Shown here piece by piece: positions 9,317 through 18,856 of a DNA stretch of 64,000 nt. Position 1 is the first letter of the stretch; each line of letters begins with the position of its first letter. This DNA comes from a virus, in IMG/VR virus record IMGVR_UViG_3300037502_002145, positions 1 to 64,000 of that record; one strand, written 5' to 3'. A model generated the notes under the pieces. That model had not been told where the DNA came from and did no database searches. It worked only from the letters and a program-made list of their open reading frames with translations. Both the position numbers and the translations under genes were made by a program.

Positions 9317-10411
9317 CTATTTAACGAATTTGTATAATCTAAAATGTACTTTTTCACCACTTGGAATAGTCCAACCAGTTAAATTAATCGATTTGTAATC
9401 AGCCGAATGAGTATAGTTATCTGTTTCTTCTAAAACTACCCCTTTATATATAATCATCAAGTCATCTCGTGTTGGGTTGAAGTTAAGATTATGAGTTATG
9501 CTTGAAGTAGTAGCGGTAGTAGTGTAAGTAAAAATTCTCATTCTCTGTGCTATATTGTTACTAGACCAAGTTTGAACCGTATTTACATCATTGTCGTTTA
9601 TATTATTCTGCGATATTACTACTTGCTGAGCTGCCTCTTTTGCAGTATTTGTATCATTGATTAATGTTGTTAATTCATCGGCTAAATCATCATTACTTTC
9701 ACTATCTGAAATAAGATGGAAGTACAACAAATCATCTTTTTCAGTTTGAGTTAAAGCATCATATTCAGCCTGAGTCATGGTTAACCAATCTGGAATTCTA
9801 GCATCTTTTTCTACTCTTGCAGTTTCGGCTTGTTCACGACTTGCTTCGGCACTTGTCACATCTTGATTTAACTGAATCATTTCGTTAGTAGCGTTAATTG
9901 CATTAGTGGTAGCCGTTTCCATATCTGTTAACTTTTGATTAATTAATGTTATCAATCCAGTAATTGTATTAATCATTATCGTAAGAGTATCGAATTTACT
10001 AGAACCTACAACGGCATTTCTGTCTATGGCAGACTTCTCAACCAACACCTTAAAAGAGGTAGACTGAATTAATTCATCTTTTGTCGTATCACCTTCTGGA
10101 TCTGGTTTATACAATCCAATCTCAGCAACGACAGTTCCAGCTACAGCAGTTAAATCTTCGGTTACTGTATATATTATTTTATTAGTAGATATTTCACAGT
10201 CATTTAATATTGGCTCTCTACGTTCATTTGTTGCTTGAAATTTAGCCACGTATCCACTTGGTATTTCAAGTATATTTCCATCTTCATCTACAAACTCGAC
10301 TTCAATTTTACGTGAGTTTTTATCATTCTGTTTAACCGTGATAGCTTTGTAACCTAATTGACCATCACCACTTAAACCAACTTTTACATTTTTTATATCT
10401 GGAAAAGCCAT
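9317..10411 (-). CDS. BppU-family baseplate upper protein
   Basis: 'VKQNDKNSRKI', 'LTAVAG.V.AEI', 'F.V.VEKS' N-terminal domain. Confidence 0.8.
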   Translation of the reverse strand: MAFPDIKNVKVGLSGDGQLGYKAITVKQNDKNSRKIEVEFVDEDGNILEIPSGYVAKFQATNERREPILNDCEISTNKIIYTVTEDLTAVAGTVVAEIGLYKPDPEGDTTKDELIQSTSFKVLVEKSAIDRNAVVGSSKFDTLTIMINTITGLITLINQKLTDMETATTNAINATNEMIQLNQDVTSAEASREQAETARVEKDARIPDWLTMTQAEYDALTQTEKDDLLYFHLISDSESNDDLADELTTLINDTNTAKEAAQQVVISQNNINDNDVNTVQTWSSNNIAQRMRIFTYTTTATTSSITHNLNFNPTRDDLMIIYKGVVLEETDNYTHSADYKSINLTGWTIPSGEKVHFRLYKFVK

Positions 10412-10536
10412 ATTTTACCTCCCTTTTGTTGAATTTTTGGTCAAAAATGGATATAAATAGTATCAAATAATACCAAATATAGCCTATTTTTCACGATAAA
10501 AGTATTATTTTATTTACAGTGTTATATTAGTGTTCT

Positions 10537-10935
10537 TTACTCCGTATCATCCTCAATCATAAAGTCTAAATCGAAGAGTATAGCGGACTTAATTTTGTCT
10601 ATTTTTCTTAAATCAGAATATTTTATAGTTAAGAAATCAACTTCATTTACACATCTTAATAATTCACCTTGTTCTTTAGTGAACTTTTCTTTATTAGCTG
10701 GAGCAAATTTAGGCTGACCATTTTCTTCGTATCTAACTTTTAACTCATCATCTTTGATTGCATATTTTTGAACCAATTCACCTTCCATTTCTGAAAATGT
10801 CTTATATAGTGATTCTAGCTTTTTCATATTCTTTTTTAAATTCCAAGCTGTATCCATAGGTACTTCATAAGCCATTAACTGACGTAAAAGTTCCATGATG
10901 TTTAACATTTCAAGATTATTAATTTTCTTTACCAT
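10537..10935 (-). CDS. DUF1617-like phage tail-region protein
   Basis: 'AWNLKKN.K.L...LVQKYA.KD...F.KE..ELL'. Confidence 0.55.
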   Translation of the reverse strand: MVKKINNLEMLNIMELLRQLMAYEVPMDTAWNLKKNMKKLESLYKTFSEMEGELVQKYAIKDDELKVRYEENGQPKFAPANKEKFTKEQGELLRCVNEVDFLTIKYSDLRKIDKIKSAILFDLDFMIEDDTE

Positions 10936-10964
10936 TCAAATTCCTCCTATTTTTGGGCATAATA

Positions 10965-10994
10965 AAAGACACTCAACATGATAGAAGAGTGCCT
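10965..10994 (-). terminator. GGCACTC/GAGTGTCTTTT terminator family, copy 1 (others 13718-13745, 24353-24376, 26771-26794)
   Basis: Near-identical stem arms in four copies, each directly after an inserted accessory gene. Confidence 0.75.
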
Positions 10995-11003
10995 TAATTA
11001 TTT

Positions 11004-11315
11004 TTATTTAATTGTTTCAAGTTCAATGTTTCCATCTACTAGCTTTATTGTTATTGTATTGCCATTCTTAATTATCCCAACTAACCTATCTAAGTGGAAC
11101 ATATTTAATACATACGTCATATCTGTTTGTAAATAATTACCCATATCTTCAAACATGATAGTTCCGTCCGTATCTATTTCTGCAACGAGATTAGTAACTT
11201 CATATTCACGTTCTCCATTCACTGGAAATATTTCGGTTACTTTATAAATAGTAGGAGATTGCCAGTCATTGTTATCATCTAACAACTCGATTAATTCAAG
11301 TATACTTATATTCAT
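11004..11315 (-). CDS. Hypothetical moron protein, paralogue of 24387-24734
   Basis: GAGGT RBS; aligned motifs shared with the 24387 protein. Confidence 0.7.
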   Translation of the reverse strand: MNISILELIELLDDNNDWQSPTIYKVTEIFPVNGEREYEVTNLVAEIDTDGTIMFEDMGNYLQTDMTYVLNMFHLDRLVGIIKNGNTITIKLVDGNIELETIK

Positions 11316-11492
11316 ATTCGCTACCTCATTTCTAATTCTACAATGTGGTATAACTCTGATGAATATGGTTCTTTGAATGTTTCTATTTTATCTCTATCTA
11401 GGGTAGAAAAGTGGTGTTCATCAACAACTTGTGTCTCATATAATGGATCAATCTGTAATATAATAACTTTAATAAAAGCGGAAGAGGAGATA

Positions 11493-12395
11493 TTATGCAT
11501 TGGTAGATACCTCCTGTGACTCTACTTTTAAATCACAAAACAAATCAGATGGTTCTTTTTTATAATACAGACATAAGGCAGAAAAACTTTTTACAACATT
11601 GTTCCATTCTTCTTCTTTAACGTGTTGTAACCATGGTTGTTTACCTCTAGCTTTTAAATCCATATGATATTTATTCTTTAGTTGTTTATATAGTTCATTC
11701 CACAATGTGCCATAATTTTTATGTACTAGTTGAGCAAGTTTTCTTACTGCAAAATTAATTCGACTTCTATCTTCCCATTCAAGAATACCATTAGCCAACG
11801 CTTCATTTGACTTTTCTAGTTTCTTAATATGACGATTTTTAAAATTCATATAGTTAGTAGTAGCGATTATAATTGCATCTGGATTGCCAGAGCCGTAAGC
11901 CATACCTACTTCGATTTGAAGTTTTTGTTCCTCATTAATATCTAATAGTTTTGTTTCTGTTGTTGTTTTTTCTTCAATGTTTAAAAGTTGAGTACGGATC
12001 TCTTTCGCAATTAATGAGTCTCTAAGCAACATTCCAATCCTTAGTATTGCTCTACGAGGTATTAATGTGTTTGTTTTATTTGCGAATTTTAATCCGTCAG
12101 CCTCAAAATAACCTTTAAAGTTAGTAGGTTGTAGGTTGCAACTTACTAAATATTCTTTAGTTTCTACTCCTGATAGCTTTTTTATACCATCAAATAATAA
12201 TTCGTCTTCATGTCTAAATACTATTGTTTTAATAGCTTCTTCACTGACTTCGTAGTATTGAGACACCTGTTTAATAGTAGATAATTCGGTGTTAGATATT
12301 AATATTAATGACTTTACTTTTTCTAGAACATCCATTCTTTCTACTAGTTGATTTCTAAGTTCCTTACTTTCTAATAATTCTGTTTCATTTCTCAT
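11493..12395 (-). CDS. Antirepressor-like phage DNA-binding protein
   Basis: 'V..YYEV..EAI', 'RRAILRIGMLLRDS.IAKEIR..LL', C-terminal 'INFAVRK...WNELYK.L..KY..DL.AR'. Confidence 0.55.
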   Translation of the reverse strand: MRNETELLESKELRNQLVERMDVLEKVKSLILISNTELSTIKQVSQYYEVSEEAIKTIVFRHEDELLFDGIKKLSGVETKEYLVSCNLQPTNFKGYFEADGLKFANKTNTLIPRRAILRIGMLLRDSLIAKEIRTQLLNIEEKTTTETKLLDINEEQKLQIEVGMAYGSGNPDAIIIATTNYMNFKNRHIKKLEKSNEALANGILEWEDRSRINFAVRKLAQLVHKNYGTLWNELYKQLKNKYHMDLKARGKQPWLQHVKEEEWNNVVKSFSALCLYYKKEPSDLFCDLKVESQEVSTNA

Positions 12396-12428
12396 AATAA
12401 TATCATCCTTTCATATTTGTATTGACAT

Positions 12429-12538
12429 TTGACATCTATACAAAGGTTTGATATAATTATAGACAGATATAGCCTAGCTATATTAATTATGTAGAGGCAG
12501 TCATTTGTTCTTTGGTCGGAGCGATGACTGTCTTTTTA
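12429..12538 (+). ncRNA. Candidate antisense sRNA in the RHH-antirepressor intergenic region
   Basis: TTGACA-17-(TG)TATAAT at 12429-12457; short hairpin; GGCAGTCAT/ATGACTGTC stem plus T-run. Confidence 0.55.
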
Positions 12539-12540
12539 GT

Positions 12541-12711
12541 TTATTCTGAATAATCATTTAAATTAATTAGCTCATCAGAATATGCCTTCATTAATATTTC
12601 TAAAACCTCATTCATATCAAGTTTATTTTTGACACACGCAACTTTAAAATTCAAAATAATATCTTCATCTATAGTGGTCATAAACCTCTTCCTTGATTTG
12701 CTATCTGACAT
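12541..12711 (-). CDS. Ribbon-helix-helix DNA-binding protein
   Basis: 'RKRFMTTIDEDI..NFK..C.....DMNEVLE.LM'; own TTGACA-17-TATATT promoter. Confidence 0.75.
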   Translation of the reverse strand: MSDSKSRKRFMTTIDEDIILNFKVACVKNKLDMNEVLEILMKAYSDELINLNDYSE

Positions 12712-12798
12712 ATAATTCTCACCTTTCATATATCATACATGTAATATATCATGTTTATGTTTAACTGTCAATACAAAATATGAAAATTTTTCTAATTA

Positions 12799-13005
12799 TT
12801 ATCCTATTTTAATTTCAATAGTATCTATCTGACTTATTTCTTTCTTTGTTATTATAGATAAAAATACATAATAAATTAAAAATAATAATACTCCGATATA
12901 ATATCGGCTTGATATAAGTAAATACAATCCAAGTGGCAATAATGAAATAGAAATTAAGGCTAATACAACCAAGCTTATAAGTTTTATTTTTATTAAATTT
13001 TTCAT
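12799..13005 (-). CDS. Small two-TM membrane protein, possibly LexA-regulated
   Basis: AAGGAG RBS, two hydrophobic helices; GAAC-N4-GTTT box at 13051-13062. Confidence 0.55.
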   Translation of the reverse strand: MKNLIKIKLISLVVLALISISLLPLGLYLLISSRYYIGVLLFLIYYVFLSIITKKEISQIDTIEIKIG

Positions 13006-13135
13006 TTAAATCTCCTTTTTTAAAGTAGTATTTTTTATACAAAATGAACAAAACTGATGTTCTAACTTCCATAATATACCAATATAAGATAATATATTAA
13101 TATTACTTGTAGGTGCAGGTGAAAGGAAGTTTACA

Positions 13136-13228
13136 ATGGAAGAAATTTGCCTCATTATCAACACAGTAGTACTTACAATAGGCTTGATTCGTAGCCTATA
13201 TAAAGATTTTAAAGAAACATATAGATAA
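13136..13228 (+). CDS. Candidate type I toxin peptide (30 aa)
   Basis: MEEICLIINTVVLTIGLIRSLYKDFKETYR*, AAAGGA RBS, hydrophobic core plus charged tail; not in ORF track. Confidence 0.5.
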   Translation: MEEICLIINTVVLTIGLIRSLYKDFKETYR

Positions 13229-13360
13229 ACATTTTCATGAATAATATATCTCAAAGTCAATATAAATGTGAACGAAGTCTAGCCCACTTCAAGATACAAA
13301 TTAAAATCCTGTACTTATCACATGGAAGTAGTGACGATGAATATATTAATCATGAAAATA

Positions 13361-13510
13361 TTGCTTTTTATCTATATGTATGCTACAATTACTTTAGGCA
13401 AAATCCATTAAAAACTATTTTATCCTTTTAGCACAACGGGCGACGTGCTACTTACGAGAGGAAGTAGTATATGAACTAGAATAAGCATCTGAATAATCGG
13501 GTGCTTATTT
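13361..13510 (+). ncRNA. Candidate small RNA with promoter and terminator
   Basis: TTGCTT-17-(TG)TACAAT; hairpins TAGCAC/GTGCTA and CTACTT/AAGTAG; AATAAGCATCTGA/TCGGGTGCTTATTTT terminator. Confidence 0.45.
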
Positions 13511-13524
13511 TAGTGTAATGCTAA

Positions 13525-13704
13525 TTACTTTTTTCTTTTTTCAAGCTTATATGATGTATAGAATAACAATGATATTAATAAACATAAGCTAAATTTAAAG
13601 TACTCTTGCTTAGACAAATAATTAAGAGACAAAAGTAAATCAGTTATAATTAAAATTGCATAATAAATCTTACTTGTTAATATTTTATTTTTTATTATAT
13701 TCAT
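13525..13704 (-). CDS. Small two-TM membrane protein
   Basis: GGAGG RBS before MNIIK; two hydrophobic segments, basic tail. Confidence 0.5.
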   Translation of the reverse strand: MNIIKNKILTSKIYYAILIITDLLLSLNYLSKQEYFKFSLCLLISLLFYTSYKLEKRKK

Positions 13705-13755
13705 TTTTCCTCCATTAAAAAAGACACCCATATTTCAGAGTGCCTTTTACTTTTA

Positions 13756-14718
13756 TTATTCAGTTACATAAACTTTACAACTTAAAACAATAATTTCTTT
13801 TCCAGTATTAATTGTACAATATACTGTAGCTTCACCAACACCAGTAGCAGTAACTTTTCCGTTTGCTGAGTTTACTTTAGCTATTTTACGATCAGATGTA
13901 GACCATTTATATTTTGATCCTTTAATTTTGTTCTCGATATTAAGGTCAAATAAATTTTCAACTTCTAAATCTAAAACAGTTTCAGTTAACAGTGGAAAAT
14001 TATCATCAATACCAACAATTACATCTGAAGATAATTCGTAAGTTTCTTTATCTGGCGTTGTTACTTTACATGTTATTTTGGCTTTACCTTCTTTGATTGC
14101 TGTAACGTTTCCTTTTTTATCAACCTTTGCAACCTTAGTGTTTGATGAAGACCATTCGTAGGTTGAACCACTTACTTTATCTACTAAATTTATGTCATAA
14201 GTTGATTCTTCATTTAATAGAATAGTATTAGCTGTTAGAGTAGTGGAAAAGGATTGGATGGATTGAGTTTCAAATAAGGACATATCTTCATTTGTTGGGT
14301 CGTTATCTATTATCACTTGTTCATCAATAAAATCTTTAGAATTTATATTTATTTTTACCTTCAGGCTAGTGCCATCATCTAAGTAAAAAATAAGATTAAC
14401 ATCTTGAGTTCCTTTTGTAATTGTGTATTCTGGGTTTTCCCATGCATAATCTGAATTCACGATACCATAATAACTTTTATTTGTATTTTCATCATACACT
14501 TTTTTCTTTAATGAGTACACAATATTAAAGTCCTTTAGTTTCTGACCGGAATAAATCGTATCAACTGCTCCAGTTGTCTTATTTTGAATACGCATTAAGA
14601 GTTTGTATGAGTTATCCGATAAACCGTCAATAGTAAAAGTATCGTATGCATACACATTATTAACATTAACAAACAATATGCAAAGCATTATAGACAATAA
14701 TAAAATTAATTTCTTCAT
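13756..14718 (-). CDS. Secreted Ig-like (Big_2) domain protein (moron)
   Basis: Signal peptide ending VYA; two 'WSSSN.KVAKVD..G.VTA..EG.A.ITC' repeats; own promoter and terminator. Confidence 0.85.
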   Translation of the reverse strand: MKKLILLLSIMLCILFVNVNNVYAYDTFTIDGLSDNSYKLLMRIQNKTTGAVDTIYSGQKLKDFNIVYSLKKKVYDENTNKSYYGIVNSDYAWENPEYTITKGTQDVNLIFYLDDGTSLKVKININSKDFIDEQVIIDNDPTNEDMSLFETQSIQSFSTTLTANTILLNEESTYDINLVDKVSGSTYEWSSSNTKVAKVDKKGNVTAIKEGKAKITCKVTTPDKETYELSSDVIVGIDDNFPLLTETVLDLEVENLFDLNIENKIKGSKYKWSTSDRKIAKVNSANGKVTATGVGEATVYCTINTGKEIIVLSCKVYVTE

Positions 14719-14802
14719 ATTAAACACCTCCTACAACTAATATACCATAATTTCCAAAATTATTCAATAGAATAACTATTAGTATATTCAATTGTTATAA
14801 AT

Positions 14803-17800
14803 TTATACTGAAATTAATTCTTTTAAATTGTTTATTTCTAACTTCATTTCATCAATTAAGATTTTTTGACTACCTATAATATTGTCTTGGTTTTGTACGA
14901 TTTTATATAAGTTTTGAATTTTACTTAAGTTCAAAGTAATTAAATTTATATAGTTTAACCTATGTGTTTTATCAGAAACATATTGTCCATCATCTGTATA
15001 TTTTCTAACATCAGTAATGTCAAATAAATTATAATTATTAGGATCTAAACCATATTGACTAAATAAGTTTTCAACTTGTTGACTAACAAGACCAAAACAA
15101 ACACCTTTGGGGTAAGAATCTAATTTGTATTCAAACTGTTTTGGTTTTAATTGCATATATATTTCGTCAGAAATATCACTCAAAGAGTTTATATTTTTTT
15201 TTAGTCGTAAATCAGATGCGGTTTTTGTTTGGAAATTCGCTTGTACCCAGTTCACGCCTGCGGCATTATCAAAACCTTGTAAATTTATATTGCCATATCC
15301 GGTGTCTGACGCTATAATCGATGTTGAATCTAATGTTAAATTACTGCGAAGTGCCGACAATAAACTGTTAGAACCAACAGTGATTCCGCTTAATGTGTCG
15401 ACAGTTAAATAATCGCAAAATACAAAACTTGTTTCAAACCCATTGATCCACATTCTGCTCAATTGAACTCCACTGTTGTTTTTAATATACAACCCATTTG
15501 AATCTATCGTTACATTATTATCACCACCACCAAATTTGGCTGTTGATGCATATAAATCACCAGTGTTAGACACTGTAAAAGCATTGTTGATGTTCATTGT
15601 ACCACCTGTAATATTACCTATAAAATTACCGTTAATACAAGTCATTGTTCCGTCAGCTGTTAATTTAAAATTTGTGCTATTAACTATTAATCCATTAGAA
15701 TTTATAGTAACTAGACCATTGGCATCAACAGTAAAACGATTATTCCCAATGTTTATTGAACCACCAGACAACAACCCAGAGAATGTACCAGTAGCAGCAC
15801 TTAATGATCCACTAAACGTTCCACTGGCTGCCGATAAATGACCACTAAAAACCAATCTATTGTTTGCAGTATCAATATAAAATTTATTAACTCCATTCAC
15901 TTTAACATTAATTATTTCAGTGGGAACACTTGGATTAAACCCAGCAGAATACACAACTCCTCCAACAGTAGCACTGGCATTGAATCCGTTATCATTAATA
16001 GTATAATTTCCACTGGCATTTTCTACAAATAAATTTTCAGATATAACAACCTTACCGATTAAATAATCAGTATTGATACCCATAATTTCTTCACCAGTAG
16101 GAGTTACAAGTAATCCAAATGCAGAATTTGCAGTTCTGAATCCGTCATTAGAAAACATCATTACATTAGAATTAAGCCATAATTGTTTATCACTATATTT
16201 ATTTTGATCTTGTAGCCACCTTCTACCTCTTAACCCATATTCGTCTATTTCAATTTCTTCGTTGGCATTAGATACCATCCTATTTAAAGTTGCGTTAAAT
16301 ATACCATTTCTAAATTGTACTAAATCAGATATATTGTCAGCAGCTTTATTATACATGTATTTACCAATCGAAAAACTGCTAGATGTTCTATTTGCTTGAC
16401 CAATTACTTCTGCTAGTTGTGTAAGCTTATCGTCCATTCTAGTCTTGTCACTAAAAACTAATTTAATATCTGAAAGATTATTAAAATCAAATTCTATAGA
16501 CATTAACCTAACAGTAATCCAATAATCATCACGCAAGAATAAAGTAATTAAATTACCAACTTGACAATCATCTTGCCAGTCATCGTAAGCATTATCAATC
16601 ATAGAATATAGATTATTTAGAGTAGTCTCAATAGTAAATTGCGGTCTTGACACTTTTGATAAGAAAGCCTCTGCATTGGCTTTTAATTCTAACTTTGATT
16701 CAATAATTTCTTCTTCCGTCATTGTGTCAGTAGCAATGAACGTGTCATCAATATAATCATCGCCCTGCATAATAAAAGAGTCTAGTTCTACTAATTGTTC
16801 CTGTGTAAAATAAGAGTTAATGTCTAAATTAAAACTTATATCGTCTAATTGTGCAGTTGTGTTATTAATCTGTATTTTTTTATTTGCTATTTCGCTTTGC
16901 TTAGCGTTTTTTTGAGCTTGATATGTATCCATGTCAGTTATAGTTTGTTGATATAATGTATAAACTGAATCAGATGGAGTAGGAGTTCTACCGTTTAAGC
17001 CATCAACATATGACCCATTTAACAACTTTGCGTTATTGTAGTTAGTTTGAATTGTAACTAATTCAGACTCTAAAACTGTTAATTCCCCTTGATATTGTTT
17101 TAATGTGTTTAATATAGTAGAATACTGAGTAGCATAACTGTCATATGCCAGTTGATATGAATCCAGCGCATCCACTAAACCTTGTGTCATCCAACCCTCT
17201 TTAGTAATCGGATCAAATGGCACTTTATAAAAACTTACATCAATGATTTCAGTAGAACCATCTGGATTAATTGCCCTAATATCAAACTGTGTACCGTCGC
17301 TGTTGACAGCGCCTTTGACTCTAATTTTAGTTATTATATTATCTCCGTTTGAAGACTTAGAGAATTGTTTTAATATGTTTTTATTTGATATTGTAATATT
17401 GGTCAATTTACCAAAGTTTTCAATAGTAAAAGCGTTTATTTCTTTCGTGTATGTATCAAATTGAAAAACACATCCAAAAGATTCTGCAACATCCGTGTTT
17501 AATAATGTATAAATCCTACTAGAGTCAATTGAAAAATTTCTATATTTGCCTAACAATTCTGGATCAATATGATTAACTTTCCAGTTACAGTATTTCATTA
17601 TAATATGTAATAAGCTTTTATCTTGATTTGCAACATCATATAATGAATATACTCCTACTATATTATCAACAATTTTGTTTATTAATTCGTTTTCAATAGT
17701 AAAACAAGTTACATTTTTATACATTACACTAGAATCTTCGTCGTGAGTTTCTAATGGTTCTTGAATTTGAAACCATCCAATATATTGTAGTTCAATTAAT

Positions 17801-18009
17801 CTTTTATCTAAAATTAAGTCATAATATTCATTTCTTTCCCCATCTTCATATTCATATATATTAAATGATAATTCAGATAGGCTATTAGCATTTACAATAA
17901 ATTTTAAATCTTTGACTCCATTTAGTACACCGATATAATTTCCTTGAGGATTAGCTAAAAATAATTGGCTATCTTTTAAATTTCCATAAGTATCTTTACT
18001 AAGTATCAT
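14803..18009 (-). CDS. Tail spike / Tal-like baseplate protein with C-terminal intramolecular chaperone (peptidase S74)
   Basis: Prophage endopeptidase-like N-terminus, Gly-rich beta repeats, 'SDLRLKKNI...FGLVSQQVE...LNY'. Confidence 0.88.
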   Translation of the reverse strand: MILSKDTYGNLKDSQLFLANPQGNYIGVLNGVKDLKFIVNANSLSELSFNIYEYEDGERNEYYDLILDKRLIELQYIGWFQIQEPLETHDEDSSVMYKNVTCFTIENELINKIVDNIVGVYSLYDVANQDKSLLHIIMKYCNWKVNHIDPELLGKYRNFSIDSSRIYTLLNTDVAESFGCVFQFDTYTKEINAFTIENFGKLTNITISNKNILKQFSKSSNGDNIITKIRVKGAVNSDGTQFDIRAINPDGSTEIIDVSFYKVPFDPITKEGWMTQGLVDALDSYQLAYDSYATQYSTILNTLKQYQGELTVLESELVTIQTNYNNAKLLNGSYVDGLNGRTPTPSDSVYTLYQQTITDMDTYQAQKNAKQSEIANKKIQINNTTAQLDDISFNLDINSYFTQEQLVELDSFIMQGDDYIDDTFIATDTMTEEEIIESKLELKANAEAFLSKVSRPQFTIETTLNNLYSMIDNAYDDWQDDCQVGNLITLFLRDDYWITVRLMSIEFDFNNLSDIKLVFSDKTRMDDKLTQLAEVIGQANRTSSSFSIGKYMYNKAADNISDLVQFRNGIFNATLNRMVSNANEEIEIDEYGLRGRRWLQDQNKYSDKQLWLNSNVMMFSNDGFRTANSAFGLLVTPTGEEIMGINTDYLIGKVVISENLFVENASGNYTINDNGFNASATVGGVVYSAGFNPSVPTEIINVKVNGVNKFYIDTANNRLVFSGHLSAASGTFSGSLSAATGTFSGLLSGGSINIGNNRFTVDANGLVTINSNGLIVNSTNFKLTADGTMTCINGNFIGNITGGTMNINNAFTVSNTGDLYASTAKFGGGDNNVTIDSNGLYIKNNSGVQLSRMWINGFETSFVFCDYLTVDTLSGITVGSNSLLSALRSNLTLDSTSIIASDTGYGNINLQGFDNAAGVNWVQANFQTKTASDLRLKKNINSLSDISDEIYMQLKPKQFEYKLDSYPKGVCFGLVSQQVENLFSQYGLDPNNYNLFDITDVRKYTDDGQYVSDKTHRLNYINLITLNLSKIQNLYKIVQNQDNIIGSQKILIDEMKLEINNLKELISV

Positions 18010-18010
18010 A

Positions 18011-18790
18011 TTAACCACCTACCCTTATTGGCAAACGATAACTTATTTTTATACTAAAATTTCCGGTAAGTGTTATGTTGTTTATTCCATTTTTTAAGTA
18101 AATAAACTTTTTATTCCAATCATCTAACAAAACACGACCGCTACTGGATTTAATTATATTCTTTAAATTATCGATTATTATAGATTCACTTGTAACACAA
18201 TTATTTAACGTCAGAGTATTATTTGTAGTATTGTTTGTAATACTTAAATTACCATTAATCAACGGTGTAATTTCAAACAATGGTTTTAATTCATATTCAT
18301 CATAATCGTTTGAATTATTTAAATTAAAAGTTAAAGTTCCACTTGATGTAGTATAAGTCTTTTGTTTAAGGCTACTCCACGCATGACCAGAATCACATAT
18401 TACGTCAAAAGTCATACCGCCACTATATTTGCCTATACTTATTTTTCTTGGGTTTATAAAAATACAATTATAAAATATGTCATACATGTCATCTTGATCT
18501 ATTTGTAACCAAAATCTCTTTTTTTTACAAAGCCATTTTTTTAAATCCCTTTCCTTATATGAATCTATAAAAGACCCATCTTTGTTACATATGGTTAATT
18601 TATACTGCAATGGAGCAGTTTTTTCTAATCCATGAAAATTCCACGTATCTATAAATGGAGTAGTAGATGTTATAATCTGAGATTCTTCATCATTGCTTTC
18701 TGTATTAACTGTACCAATATCGCATAATATAACTCCAAATTCTTCAGATGTTCTATTTGCGTATATAAAATTACTATCATATATAGTCAT
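18011..18790 (-). CDS. Distal tail protein (Dit)
   Basis: Between TMP and Tal; 'F.Y..RTSEEFG', 'LKNGINNI'. Confidence 0.85.
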   Translation of the reverse strand: MTIYDSNFIYANRTSEEFGVILCDIGTVNTESNDEESQIITSTTPFIDTWNFHGLEKTAPLQYKLTICNKDGSFIDSYKERDLKKWLCKKKRFWLQIDQDDMYDIFYNCIFINPRKISIGKYSGGMTFDVICDSGHAWSSLKQKTYTTSSGTLTFNLNNSNDYDEYELKPLFEITPLINGNLSITNNTTNNTLTLNNCVTSESIIIDNLKNIIKSSSGRVLLDDWNKKFIYLKNGINNITLTGNFSIKISYRLPIRVGG

Positions 18791-18856
18791 TCTTTTTTTC
18801 TCCTCCCTTCTTTAATAGAAAAGCTCCTACTCCGATGAAAGAGTAGAAGCCTGTAT

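Noticed and set aside
6989-10411. Diversity-generating retroelement or invertible tail-fibre system
   Set aside because: No reverse transcriptase, no template/variable repeat pair and no inverted alternative fibre ends seen in this window
15125-16032. Plus-strand ORFs within the tail spike (and similar shadow ORFs inside TMP, terminase, RNAP, parM)
   Set aside because: Antisense shadows of long real genes, lacking RBS or motifs
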